Shown one piece after another: positions 1 to 31,164 of a stretch of 64,000 nt of DNA. Source of the DNA: Flectonema sp. DT1601 (taxonomy: Eukaryota); NCBI GenBank assembly GCA_964019425.1, contig OZ025803.1, positions 558,001 through 622,000 on the forward strand. Direction: 5' to 3'. The notes under the pieces were generated by a model, which did no database searches, had not been told where the DNA came from, and saw only the letters and a program-made list of their open reading frames with translations. The translations under genes and the position numbers were made by a program. The first letter of the stretch is position 1. Each line of letters starts with the position of its first letter.

Positions 1-547
<547 letters not shown>

Positions 548-1112
548 TCACCTTCCCCGTTCTTTATCGACACCCCGCCCCCGCAAAACCCGCAAAAAGG
601 TTGTGGTTTAAGGAAAACGATAAAAGTACGCTGCGGCGAGCGCTCGTCCATATCATCTTTTCGCAAAGTCTTCCGATTGAACCGTGTTCCTCCCCTCCCC
701 CCTCCTCACACGCTGCTAAGAACTAACTTTTCTTGTATACATACGAAGTGTTGTGAACTGGAAAGAGAATACAAAAAGCGATAATCCGTATGCGACCCGC
801 AGAAACAGCAGCCTGAAAAGCTCGCGCTCTCGCAATCGCCATCACCCCAGAAGCGATTCGATTATCGTTGCTCTGGGAAAACGAAGCAAGAGGGAGGGAG
901 GGAGGAAGAATTGCATTTCGCTTTGTTTGTTTTTTTTTCTTGGAAAAATGGTCACTTCCCCCGCACAAGGAGAAGTGGGTATCACGACGAAAGGAAAGGA
1001 AAAAGATTACGCGGAATTCAAAAGCAACCGGTTCGAGTAACGAACGAAATGGAAAGCTTCGAATGTATAGAATAATTGAAATAAGCACGGCAGTGAGCCC
1101 GGTGCCCAACGG

Positions 1113-1128
1113 CGACGACGACGACGAC
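1113..1128. repeat. (CGA)5 microsatellite in the spacer (every unit)
   Basis: ggcgacgacgacgacgacgg; the translated DDDDD run is the same length in all copies. Confidence 0.8.
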
Positions 1129-1227
1129 GGTGATGATCAGAGAAAATCAATCCTCTCCGACCAAGAACCATCATCGAATATAATTTAAAACAATAACAGA
1201 AACATGGTAAAAACCATAATATAACAA

Positions 1228-1240
1228 TTTTTTTTTTTTT
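1228..1240 (-). repeat. Genomic A13 tract on the mRNA strand, 138 nt downstream of the stop codon (every unit; A14 in a few)
   Basis: T13 on the plus strand. A U-rich segment follows on the mRNA strand. Confidence 0.9.
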
Positions 1241-1304
1241 GAGCTTCCCTCAGTCTTCCACCCGCGAACCGCGAGGAACAAAAGAGCCGAGGAGGAGAGA
1301 GGCA

Positions 1305-1360
1305 GACTCCGCGTGTCGTTCATCCATCGTTCAGTCAAGTCCAACGACACACGCAGAATC
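1305..1360 (-). other. Stem-loop in the cathepsin 3' UTR (present in every unit)
   Basis: mRNA strand GAUUCUGCGU-GU-GUCGUU / 22-nt loop / AACGAC-ACGCGGAGUC gives 16 bp including two G-U pairs and a 2-nt bulge, starting 18 nt after the stop codon. Confidence 0.6.
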
Positions 1361-1378
1361 ATCGTCAAGACAGCTTAC

Positions 1379-2461
<1,083 letters not shown>

Positions 2462-3292
2462 TCACCTTCCCCGTTCTTTATCGACACCCCGCCCCCGCAA
2501 AACCCGCAAAAAGGTTGTGGTTTAAGGAAAACGATAAAAGTACGCTGCGGCGAGCGCTCGTCCATATCATCTTTTCGCAAAGTCTTCCGATTGAACCGTG
2601 TTCCTCCCCTCCCCCCTCCTCACACGCTGCTAAGAACTAACTTTTCTTGTATACATACGAAGTGTTGTGAACTGGAAAGAGAATACAAAAAGCGATAATC
2701 CGTATGCGACCCGCAGAAACAGCAGCCTGAAAAGCTCGCGCTCTCGCAATCGCCATCACCCCAGAAGCGATTCGATTATCGTTGCTCTGGGAAAACGAAG
2801 CAAGAGGGAGGGAGGGAGGAAGAATTGCATTTCGCTTTGTTTGTTTTTTTTTCTTGGAAAAATGGTCACTTCCCCCGCACAAGGAGAAGTGGGTATCACG
2901 ACGAAAGGAAAGGAAAAAGATTACGCGGAATTCAAAAGCAACCGGTTCGAGTAACGAACGAAATGGAAAGCTTCGAATGTATAGAATAATTGAAATAAGC
3001 ACGGCAGTGAGCCCGGTGCCCAACGGCGACGACGACGACGACGGTGATGATCAGAGAAAATCAATCCTCTCCGACCAAGAACCATCATCGAATATAATTT
3101 AAAACAATAACAGAAACATGGTAAAAACCATAATATAACAATTTTTTTTTTTTTGAGCTTCCCTCAGTCTTCCACCCGCGAACCGCGAGGAACAAAAGAG
3201 CCGAGGAGGAGAGAGGCAGACTCCGCGTGTCGTTCATCCATCGTTCAGTCAAGTCCAACGACACACGCAGAATCATCGTCAAGACAGCTTAC

Positions 3293-4375
<1,083 letters not shown>

Positions 4376-5206
4376 TCACCTTCCCCGTTCTTTATCGACA
4401 CCCCGCCCCCGCAAAACCCGCAAAAAGGTTGTGGTTTAAGGAAAACGATAAAAGTACGCTGCGGCGAGCGCTCGTCCATATCATCTTTTCGCAAAGTCTT
4501 CCGATTGAACCGTGTTCCTCCCCTCCCCCCTCCTCACACGCTGCTAAGAACTAACTTTTCTTGTATACATACGAAGTGTTGTGAACTGGAAAGAGAATAC
4601 AAAAAGCGATAATCCGTATGCGACCCGCAGAAACAGCAGCCTGAAAAGCTCGCGCTCTCGCAATCGCCATCACCCCAGAAGCGATTCGATTATCGTTGCT
4701 CTGGGAAAACGAAGCAAGAGGGAGGGAGGGAGGAAGAATTGCATTTCGCTTTGTTTGTTTTTTTTTCTTGGAAAAATGGTCACTTCCCCCGCACAAGGAG
4801 AAGTGGGTATCACGACGAAAGGAAAGGAAAAAGATTACGCGGAATTCAAAAGCAACCGGTTCGAGTAACGAACGAAATGGAAAGCTTCGAATGTATAGAA
4901 TAATTGAAATAAGCACGGCAGTGAGCCCGGTGCCCAACGGCGACGACGACGACGACGGTGATGATCAGAGAAAATCAATCCTCTCCGACCAAGAACCATC
5001 ATCGAATATAATTTAAAACAATAACAGAAACATGGTAAAAACCATAATATAACAATTTTTTTTTTTTTGAGCTTCCCTCAGTCTTCCACCCGCGAACCGC
5101 GAGGAACAAAAGAGCCGAGGAGGAGAGAGGCAGACTCCGCGTGTCGTTCATCCATCGTTCAGTCAAGTCCAACGACACACGCAGAATCATCGTCAAGACA
5201 GCTTAC

Positions 5207-6289
<1,083 letters not shown>

Positions 6290-7120
6290 TCACCTTCCCC
6301 GTTCTTTATCGACACCCCGCCCCCGCAAAACCCGCAAAAAGGTTGTGGTTTAAGGAAAACGATAAAAGTACGCTGCGGCGAGCGCTCGTCCATATCATCT
6401 TTTCGCAAAGTCTTCCGATTGAACCGTGTTCCTCCCCTCCCCCCTCCTCACACGCTGCTAAGAACTAACTTTTCTTGTATACATACGAAGTGTTGTGAAC
6501 TGGAAAGAGAATACAAAAAGCGATAATCCGTATGCGACCCGCAGAAACAGCAGCCTGAAAAGCTCGCGCTCTCGCAATCGCCATCACCCCAGAAGCGATT
6601 CGATTATCGTTGCTCTGGGAAAACGAAGCAAGAGGGAGGGAGGGAGGAAGAATTGCATTTCGCTTTGTTTGTTTTTTTTTCTTGGAAAAATGGTCACTTC
6701 CCCCGCACAAGGAGAAGTGGGTATCACGACGAAAGGAAAGGAAAAAGATTACGCGGAATTCAAAAGCAACCGGTTCGAGTAACGAACGAAATGGAAAGCT
6801 TCGAATGTATAGAATAATTGAAATAAGCACGGCAGTGAGCCCGGTGCCCAACGGCGACGACGACGACGACGGTGATGATCAGAGAAAATCAATCCTCTCC
6901 GACCAAGAACCATCATCGAATATAATTTAAAACAATAACAGAAACATGGTAAAAACCATAATATAACAATTTTTTTTTTTTTGAGCTTCCCTCAGTCTTC
7001 CACCCGCGAACCGCGAGGAACAAAAGAGCCGAGGAGGAGAGAGGCAGACTCCGCGTGTCGTTCATCCATCGTTCAGTCAAGTCCAACGACACACGCAGAA
7101 TCATCGTCAAGACAGCTTAC

Positions 7121-8203
<1,083 letters not shown>

Positions 8204-9034
8204 TCACCTTCCCCGTTCTTTATCGACACCCCGCCCCCGCAAAACCCGCAAAAAGGTTGTGGTTTAAGGAAAACGATAAAAGTACGCTGCGGCGAGCGCT
8301 CGTCCATATCATCTTTTCGCAAAGTCTTCCGATTGAACCGTGTTCCTCCCCTCCCCCCTCCTCACACGCTGCTAAGAACTAACTTTTCTTGTATACATAC
8401 GAAGTGTTGTGAACTGGAAAGAGAATACAAAAAGCGATAATCCGTATGCGACCCGCAGAAACAGCAGCCTGAAAAGCTCGCGCTCTCGCAATCGCCATCA
8501 CCCCAGAAGCGATTCGATTATCGTTGCTCTGGGAAAACGAAGCAAGAGGGAGGGAGGGAGGAAGAATTGCATTTCGCTTTGTTTGTTTTTTTTTCTTGGA
8601 AAAATGGTCACTTCCCCCGCACAAGGAGAAGTGGGTATCACGACGAAAGGAAAGGAAAAAGATTACGCGGAATTCAAAAGCAACCGGTTCGAGTAACGAA
8701 CGAAATGGAAAGCTTCGAATGTATAGAATAATTGAAATAAGCACGGCAGTGAGCCCGGTGCCCAACGGCGACGACGACGACGACGGTGATGATCAGAGAA
8801 AATCAATCCTCTCCGACCAAGAACCATCATCGAATATAATTTAAAACAATAACAGAAACATGGTAAAAACCATAATATAACAATTTTTTTTTTTTTGAGC
8901 TTCCCTCAGTCTTCCACCCGCGAACCGCGAGGAACAAAAGAGCCGAGGAGGAGAGAGGCAGACTCCGCGTGTCGTTCATCCATCGTTCAGTCAAGTCCAA
9001 CGACACACGCAGAATCATCGTCAAGACAGCTTAC

Positions 9035-10117
<1,083 letters not shown>

Positions 10118-10948
10118 TCACCTTCCCCGTTCTTTATCGACACCCCGCCCCCGCAAAACCCGCAAAAAGGTTGTGGTTTAAGGAAAACGATAAAAGTACG
10201 CTGCGGCGAGCGCTCGTCCATATCATCTTTTCGCAAAGTCTTCCGATTGAACCGTGTTCCTCCCCTCCCCCCTCCTCACACGCTGCTAAGAACTAACTTT
10301 TCTTGTATACATACGAAGTGTTGTGAACTGGAAAGAGAATACAAAAAGCGATAATCCGTATGCGACCCGCAGAAACAGCAGCCTGAAAAGCTCGCGCTCT
10401 CGCAATCGCCATCACCCCAGAAGCGATTCGATTATCGTTGCTCTGGGAAAACGAAGCAAGAGGGAGGGAGGGAGGAAGAATTGCATTTCGCTTTGTTTGT
10501 TTTTTTTTCTTGGAAAAATGGTCACTTCCCCCGCACAAGGAGAAGTGGGTATCACGACGAAAGGAAAGGAAAAAGATTACGCGGAATTCAAAAGCAACCG
10601 GTTCGAGTAACGAACGAAATGGAAAGCTTCGAATGTATAGAATAATTGAAATAAGCACGGCAGTGAGCCCGGTGCCCAACGGCGACGACGACGACGACGG
10701 TGATGATCAGAGAAAATCAATCCTCTCCGACCAAGAACCATCATCGAATATAATTTAAAACAATAACAGAAACATGGTAAAAACCATAATATAACAATTT
10801 TTTTTTTTTTGAGCTTCCCTCAGTCTTCCACCCGCGAACCGCGAGGAACAAAAGAGCCGAGGAGGAGAGAGGCAGACTCCGCGTGTCGTTCATCCATCGT
10901 TCAGTCAAGTCCAACGACACACGCAGAATCATCGTCAAGACAGCTTAC

Positions 10949-12031
<1,083 letters not shown>

Positions 12032-12862
12032 TCACCTTCCCCGTTCTTTATCGACACCCCGCCCCCGCAAAACCCGCAAAAAGGTTGTGGTTTAAGGAAA
12101 ACGATAAAAGTACGCTGCGGCGAGCGCTCGTCCATATCATCTTTTCGCAAAGTCTTCCGATTGAACCGTGTTCCTCCCCTCCCCCCTCCTCACACGCTGC
12201 TAAGAACTAACTTTTCTTGTATACATACGAAGTGTTGTGAACTGGAAAGAGAATACAAAAAGCGATAATCCGTATGCGACCCGCAGAAACAGCAGCCTGA
12301 AAAGCTCGCGCTCTCGCAATCGCCATCACCCCAGAAGCGATTCGATTATCGTTGCTCTGGGAAAACGAAGCAAGAGGGAGGGAGGGAGGAAGAATTGCAT
12401 TTCGCTTTGTTTGTTTTTTTTTCTTGGAAAAATGGTCACTTCCCCCGCACAAGGAGAAGTGGGTATCACGACGAAAGGAAAGGAAAAAGATTACGCGGAA
12501 TTCAAAAGCAACCGGTTCGAGTAACGAACGAAATGGAAAGCTTCGAATGTATAGAATAATTGAAATAAGCACGGCAGTGAGCCCGGTGCCCAACGGCGAC
12601 GACGACGACGACGGTGATGATCAGAGAAAATCAATCCTCTCCGACCAAGAACCATCATCGAATATAATTTAAAACAATAACAGAAACATGGTAAAAACCA
12701 TAATATAACAATTTTTTTTTTTTTGAGCTTCCCTCAGTCTTCCACCCGCGAACCGCGAGGAACAAAAGAGCCGAGGAGGAGAGAGGCAGACTCCGCGTGT
12801 CGTTCATCCATCGTTCAGTCAAGTCCAACGACACACGCAGAATCATCGTCAAGACAGCTTAC

Positions 12863-13945
<1,083 letters not shown>

Positions 13946-14776
13946 TCACCTTCCCCGTTCTTTATCGACACCCCGCCCCCGCAAAACCCGCAAAAAGGTT
14001 GTGGTTTAAGGAAAACGATAAAAGTACGCTGCGGCGAGCGCTCGTCCATATCATCTTTTCGCAAAGTCTTCCGATTGAACCGTGTTCCTCCCCTCCCCCC
14101 TCCTCACACGCTGCTAAGAACTAACTTTTCTTGTATACATACGAAGTGTTGTGAACTGGAAAGAGAATACAAAAAGCGATAATCCGTATGCGACCCGCAG
14201 AAACAGCAGCCTGAAAAGCTCGCGCTCTCGCAATCGCCATCACCCCAGAAGCGATTCGATTATCGTTGCTCTGGGAAAACGAAGCAAGAGGGAGGGAGGG
14301 AGGAAGAATTGCATTTCGCTTTGTTTGTTTTTTTTTCTTGGAAAAATGGTCACTTCCCCCGCACAAGGAGAAGTGGGTATCACGACGAAAGGAAAGGAAA
14401 AAGATTACGCGGAATTCAAAAGCAACCGGTTCGAGTAACGAACGAAATGGAAAGCTTCGAATGTATAGAATAATTGAAATAAGCACGGCAGTGAGCCCGG
14501 TGCCCAACGGCGACGACGACGACGACGGTGATGATCAGAGAAAATCAATCCTCTCCGACCAAGAACCATCATCGAATATAATTTAAAACAATAACAGAAA
14601 CATGGTAAAAACCATAATATAACAATTTTTTTTTTTTTGAGCTTCCCTCAGTCTTCCACCCGCGAACCGCGAGGAACAAAAGAGCCGAGGAGGAGAGAGG
14701 CAGACTCCGCGTGTCGTTCATCCATCGTTCAGTCAAGTCCAACGACACACGCAGAATCATCGTCAAGACAGCTTAC

Positions 14777-15859
<1,083 letters not shown>

Positions 15860-16690
15860 TCACCTTCCCCGTTCTTTATCGACACCCCGCCCCCGCAAAA
15901 CCCGCAAAAAGGTTGTGGTTTAAGGAAAACGATAAAAGTACGCTGCGGCGAGCGCTCGTCCATATCATCTTTTCGCAAAGTCTTCCGATTGAACCGTGTT
16001 CCTCCCCTCCCCCCTCCTCACACGCTGCTAAGAACTAACTTTTCTTGTATACATACGAAGTGTTGTGAACTGGAAAGAGAATACAAAAAGCGATAATCCG
16101 TATGCGACCCGCAGAAACAGCAGCCTGAAAAGCTCGCGCTCTCGCAATCGCCATCACCCCAGAAGCGATTCGATTATCGTTGCTCTGGGAAAACGAAGCA
16201 AGAGGGAGGGAGGGAGGAAGAATTGCATTTCGCTTTGTTTGTTTTTTTTTCTTGGAAAAATGGTCACTTCCCCCGCACAAGGAGAAGTGGGTATCACGAC
16301 GAAAGGAAAGGAAAAAGATTACGCGGAATTCAAAAGCAACCGGTTCGAGTAACGAACGAAATGGAAAGCTTCGAATGTATAGAATAATTGAAATAAGCAC
16401 GGCAGTGAGCCCGGTGCCCAACGGCGACGACGACGACGACGGTGATGATCAGAGAAAATCAATCCTCTCCGACCAAGAACCATCATCGAATATAATTTAA
16501 AACAATAACAGAAACATGGTAAAAACCATAATATAACAATTTTTTTTTTTTTGAGCTTCCCTCAGTCTTCCACCCGCGAACCGCGAGGAACAAAAGAGCC
16601 GAGGAGGAGAGAGGCAGACTCCGCGTGTCGTTCATCCATCGTTCAGTCAAGTCCAACGACACACGCAGAATCATCGTCAAGACAGCTTAC

Positions 16691-17773
<1,083 letters not shown>

Positions 17774-18604
17774 TCACCTTCCCCGTTCTTTATCGACACC
17801 CCGCCCCCGCAAAACCCGCAAAAAGGTTGTGGTTTAAGGAAAACGATAAAAGTACGCTGCGGCGAGCGCTCGTCCATATCATCTTTTCGCAAAGTCTTCC
17901 GATTGAACCGTGTTCCTCCCCTCCCCCCTCCTCACACGCTGCTAAGAACTAACTTTTCTTGTATACATACGAAGTGTTGTGAACTGGAAAGAGAATACAA
18001 AAAGCGATAATCCGTATGCGACCCGCAGAAACAGCAGCCTGAAAAGCTCGCGCTCTCGCAATCGCCATCACCCCAGAAGCGATTCGATTATCGTTGCTCT
18101 GGGAAAACGAAGCAAGAGGGAGGGAGGGAGGAAGAATTGCATTTCGCTTTGTTTGTTTTTTTTTCTTGGAAAAATGGTCACTTCCCCCGCACAAGGAGAA
18201 GTGGGTATCACGACGAAAGGAAAGGAAAAAGATTACGCGGAATTCAAAAGCAACCGGTTCGAGTAACGAACGAAATGGAAAGCTTCGAATGTATAGAATA
18301 ATTGAAATAAGCACGGCAGTGAGCCCGGTGCCCAACGGCGACGACGACGACGACGGTGATGATCAGAGAAAATCAATCCTCTCCGACCAAGAACCATCAT
18401 CGAATATAATTTAAAACAATAACAGAAACATGGTAAAAACCATAATATAACAATTTTTTTTTTTTTGAGCTTCCCTCAGTCTTCCACCCGCGAACCGCGA
18501 GGAACAAAAGAGCCGAGGAGGAGAGAGGCAGACTCCGCGTGTCGTTCATCCATCGTTCAGTCAAGTCCAACGACACACGCAGAATCATCGTCAAGACAGC
18601 TTAC

Positions 18605-19687
<1,083 letters not shown>

Positions 19688-20518
19688 TCACCTTCCCCGT
19701 TCTTTATCGACACCCCGCCCCCGCAAAACCCGCAAAAAGGTTGTGGTTTAAGGAAAACGATAAAAGTACGCTGCGGCGAGCGCTCGTCCATATCATCTTT
19801 TCGCAAAGTCTTCCGATTGAACCGTGTTCCTCCCCTCCCCCCTCCTCACACGCTGCTAAGAACTAACTTTTCTTGTATACATACGAAGTGTTGTGAACTG
19901 GAAAGAGAATACAAAAAGCGATAATCCGTATGCGACCCGCAGAAACAGCAGCCTGAAAAGCTCGCGCTCTCGCAATCGCCATCACCCCAGAAGCGATTCG
20001 ATTATCGTTGCTCTGGGAAAACGAAGCAAGAGGGAGGGAGGGAGGAAGAATTGCATTTCGCTTTGTTTGTTTTTTTTTCTTGGAAAAATGGTCACTTCCC
20101 CCGCACAAGGAGAAGTGGGTATCACGACGAAAGGAAAGGAAAAAGATTACGCGGAATTCAAAAGCAACCGGTTCGAGTAACGAACGAAATGGAAAGCTTC
20201 GAATGTATAGAATAATTGAAATAAGCACGGCAGTGAGCCCGGTGCCCAACGGCGACGACGACGACGACGGTGATGATCAGAGAAAATCAATCCTCTCCGA
20301 CCAAGAACCATCATCGAATATAATTTAAAACAATAACAGAAACATGGTAAAAACCATAATATAACAATTTTTTTTTTTTTGAGCTTCCCTCAGTCTTCCA
20401 CCCGCGAACCGCGAGGAACAAAAGAGCCGAGGAGGAGAGAGGCAGACTCCGCGTGTCGTTCATCCATCGTTCAGTCAAGTCCAACGACACACGCAGAATC
20501 ATCGTCAAGACAGCTTAC

Positions 20519-21601
<1,083 letters not shown>

Positions 21602-22432
21602 TCACCTTCCCCGTTCTTTATCGACACCCCGCCCCCGCAAAACCCGCAAAAAGGTTGTGGTTTAAGGAAAACGATAAAAGTACGCTGCGGCGAGCGCTCG
21701 TCCATATCATCTTTTCGCAAAGTCTTCCGATTGAACCGTGTTCCTCCCCTCCCCCCTCCTCACACGCTGCTAAGAACTAACTTTTCTTGTATACATACGA
21801 AGTGTTGTGAACTGGAAAGAGAATACAAAAAGCGATAATCCGTATGCGACCCGCAGAAACAGCAGCCTGAAAAGCTCGCGCTCTCGCAATCGCCATCACC
21901 CCAGAAGCGATTCGATTATCGTTGCTCTGGGAAAACGAAGCAAGAGGGAGGGAGGGAGGAAGAATTGCATTTCGCTTTGTTTGTTTTTTTTTCTTGGAAA
22001 AATGGTCACTTCCCCCGCACAAGGAGAAGTGGGTATCACGACGAAAGGAAAGGAAAAAGATTACGCGGAATTCAAAAGCAACCGGTTCGAGTAACGAACG
22101 AAATGGAAAGCTTCGAATGTATAGAATAATTGAAATAAGCACGGCAGTGAGCCCGGTGCCCAACGGCGACGACGACGACGACGGTGATGATCAGAGAAAA
22201 TCAATCCTCTCCGACCAAGAACCATCATCGAATATAATTTAAAACAATAACAGAAACATGGTAAAAACCATAATATAACAATTTTTTTTTTTTTGAGCTT
22301 CCCTCAGTCTTCCACCCGCGAACCGCGAGGAACAAAAGAGCCGAGGAGGAGAGAGGCAGACTCCGCGTGTCGTTCATCCATCGTTCAGTCAAGTCCAACG
22401 ACACACGCAGAATCATCGTCAAGACAGCTTAC

Positions 22433-23515
<1,083 letters not shown>

Positions 23516-24346
23516 TCACCTTCCCCGTTCTTTATCGACACCCCGCCCCCGCAAAACCCGCAAAAAGGTTGTGGTTTAAGGAAAACGATAAAAGTACGCT
23601 GCGGCGAGCGCTCGTCCATATCATCTTTTCGCAAAGTCTTCCGATTGAACCGTGTTCCTCCCCTCCCCCCTCCTCACACGCTGCTAAGAACTAACTTTTC
23701 TTGTATACATACGAAGTGTTGTGAACTGGAAAGAGAATACAAAAAGCGATAATCCGTATGCGACCCGCAGAAACAGCAGCCTGAAAAGCTCGCGCTCTCG
23801 CAATCGCCATCACCCCAGAAGCGATTCGATTATCGTTGCTCTGGGAAAACGAAGCAAGAGGGAGGGAGGGAGGAAGAATTGCATTTCGCTTTGTTTGTTT
23901 TTTTTTCTTGGAAAAATGGTCACTTCCCCCGCACAAGGAGAAGTGGGTATCACGACGAAAGGAAAGGAAAAAGATTACGCGGAATTCAAAAGCAACCGGT
24001 TCGAGTAACGAACGAAATGGAAAGCTTCGAATGTATAGAATAATTGAAATAAGCACGGCAGTGAGCCCGGTGCCCAACGGCGACGACGACGACGACGGTG
24101 ATGATCAGAGAAAATCAATCCTCTCCGACCAAGAACCATCATCGAATATAATTTAAAACAATAACAGAAACATGGTAAAAACCATAATATAACAATTTTT
24201 TTTTTTTTGAGCTTCCCTCAGTCTTCCACCCGCGAACCGCGAGGAACAAAAGAGCCGAGGAGGAGAGAGGCAGACTCCGCGTGTCGTTCATCCATCGTTC
24301 AGTCAAGTCCAACGACACACGCAGAATCATCGTCAAGACAGCTTAC

Positions 24347-25429
<1,083 letters not shown>

Positions 25430-26253
25430 TCACCTTCCCCGTTCTTTATCGACACCCCGCCCCCGCAAAACCCGCAAAAAGGTTGTGGTTTAAGGAAAAC
25501 GATAAAAGTACGCTGCGGCGAGCGCTCGTCCATATCATCTTTTCGCAAAGTCTTCCGATTGAACCGTGTTCCTCCCCTCCCCCCTCCTCACACGCTGCTA
25601 AGAACTAACTTTTCTTGTATACATACGAAGTGTTGTGAACTGGAAAGAGAATACAAAAAGCGATAATCCGTATGCGACCCGCAGAAACAGCAGCCTGAAA
25701 AGCTCGCGCTCTCGCAATCGCCATCACCCCAGAAGCGATTCGATTATCGTTGCTCTGGGAAAACGAAGCAAGAGGGAGGGAGGGAGGAAGAATTGCATTT
25801 CGCTTTGTTTGTTTTTTTTTCTTGGAAAAATGGTCACTTCCCCCGCACAAGGAGAAGTGCGACGAAAGGAAAGGAAAAAGATTACGCGGAATTCAAAAGC
25901 AACCGGTTCGAGTAACGAACGAAATGGAAAGCTTCGAATGTATAGAATAATTGAAATAAGCACGGCAGTGAGCCCGGTGCCCAACGGCGACGACGACGAC
26001 GACGGTGATGATCAGAGAAAATCAATCCTCTCCGACCAAGAACCATCATCGAATATAATTTAAAACAATAACAGAAACATGGTAAAAACCATAATATAAC
26101 AATTTTTTTTTTTTTGAGCTTCCCTCAGTCTTCCACCCGCGAACCGCGAGGAACAAAAGAGCCGAGGAGGAGAGAGGCAGACTCCGCGTGTCGTTCATCC
26201 ATCGTTCAGTCAAGTCCAACGACACACGCAGAATCATCGTCAAGACAGCTTAC

Positions 26254-27336
<1,083 letters not shown>

Positions 27337-28167
27337 TCACCTTCCCCGTTCTTTATCGACACCCCGCCCCCGCAAAACCCGCAAAAAGGTTGTGGTTTAA
27401 GGAAAACGATAAAAGTACGCTGCGGCGAGCGCTCGTCCATATCATCTTTTCGCAAAGTCTTCCGATTGAACCGTGTTCCTCCCCTCCCCCCTCCTCACAC
27501 GCTGCTAAGAACTAACTTTTCTTGTATACATACGAAGTGTTGTGAACTGGAAAGAGAATACAAAAAGCGATAATCCGTATGCGACCCGCAGAAACAGCAG
27601 CCTGAAAAGCTCGCGCTCTCGCAATCGCCATCACCCCAGAAGCGATTCGATTATCGTTGCTCTGGGAAAACGAAGCAAGAGGGAGGGAGGGAGGAAGAAT
27701 TGCATTTCGCTTTGTTTGTTTTTTTTTCTTGGAAAAATGGTCACTTCCCCCGCACAAGGAGAAGTGGGTATCACGACGAAAGGAAAGGAAAAAGATTACG
27801 CGGAATTCAAAAGCAACCGGTTCGAGTAACGAACGAAATGGAAAGCTTCGAATGTATAGAATAATTGAAATAAGCACGGCAGTGAGCCCGGTGCCCAACG
27901 GCGACGACGACGACGACGGTGATGATCAGAGAAAATCAATCCTCTCCGACCAAGAACCATCATCGAATATAATTTAAAACAATAACAGAAACATGGTAAA
28001 AACCATAATATAACAATTTTTTTTTTTTTGAGCTTCCCTCAGTCTTCCACCCGCGAACCGCGAGGAACAAAAGAGCCGAGGAGGAGAGAGGCAGACTCCG
28101 CGTGTCGTTCATCCATCGTTCAGTCAAGTCCAACGACACACGCAGAATCATCGTCAAGACAGCTTAC

Positions 28168-29250
<1,083 letters not shown>

Positions 29251-30081
29251 TCACCTTCCCCGTTCTTTATCGACACCCCGCCCCCGCAAAACCCGCAAAA
29301 AGGTTGTGGTTTAAGGAAAACGATAAAAGTACGCTGCGGCGAGCGCTCGTCCATATCATCTTTTCGCAAAGTCTTCCGATTGAACCGTGTTCCTCCCCTC
29401 CCCCCTCCTCACACGCTGCTAAGAACTAACTTTTCTTGTATACATACGAAGTGTTGTGAACTGGAAAGAGAATACAAAAAGCGATAATCCGTATGCGACC
29501 CGCAGAAACAGCAGCCTGAAAAGCTCGCGCTCTCGCAATCGCCATCACCCCAGAAGCGATTCGATTATCGTTGCTCTGGGAAAACGAAGCAAGAGGGAGG
29601 GAGGGAGGAAGAATTGCATTTCGCTTTGTTTGTTTTTTTTTCTTGGAAAAATGGTCACTTCCCCCGCACAAGGAGAAGTGGGTATCACGACGAAAGGAAA
29701 GGAAAAAGATTACGCGGAATTCAAAAGCAACCGGTTCGAGTAACGAACGAAATGGAAAGCTTCGAATGTATAGAATAATTGAAATAAGCACGGCAGTGAG
29801 CCCGGTGCCCAACGGCGACGACGACGACGACGGTGATGATCAGAGAAAATCAATCCTCTCCGACCAAGAACCATCATCGAATATAATTTAAAACAATAAC
29901 AGAAACATGGTAAAAACCATAATATAACAATTTTTTTTTTTTTGAGCTTCCCTCAGTCTTCCACCCGCGAACCGCGAGGAACAAAAGAGCCGAGGAGGAG
30001 AGAGGCAGACTCCGCGTGTCGTTCATCCATCGTTCAGTCAAGTCCAACGACACACGCAGAATCATCGTCAAGACAGCTTAC

Positions 30082-31164
<1,083 letters not shown>

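Noticed and set aside
721..765. AACTAAC resembling the 5' end of the kinetoplastid spliced leader
   Set aside because: Only 7 nt match. The conserved TTTCTGTAC block and the GT donor at about +40 are absent.
1250..1366. C/D snoRNA-like arrangement (AUGAUU, CUGA, GGAUGA, CUGA) or a SECIS element in the 3' UTR
   Set aside because: The box C is non-consensus and partly inside a stem, and I recognise no rRNA-complementary guide. For SECIS the 3' GA quartet is missing and the CDS has no in-frame UGA. A snoscan or Infernal search would settle it.
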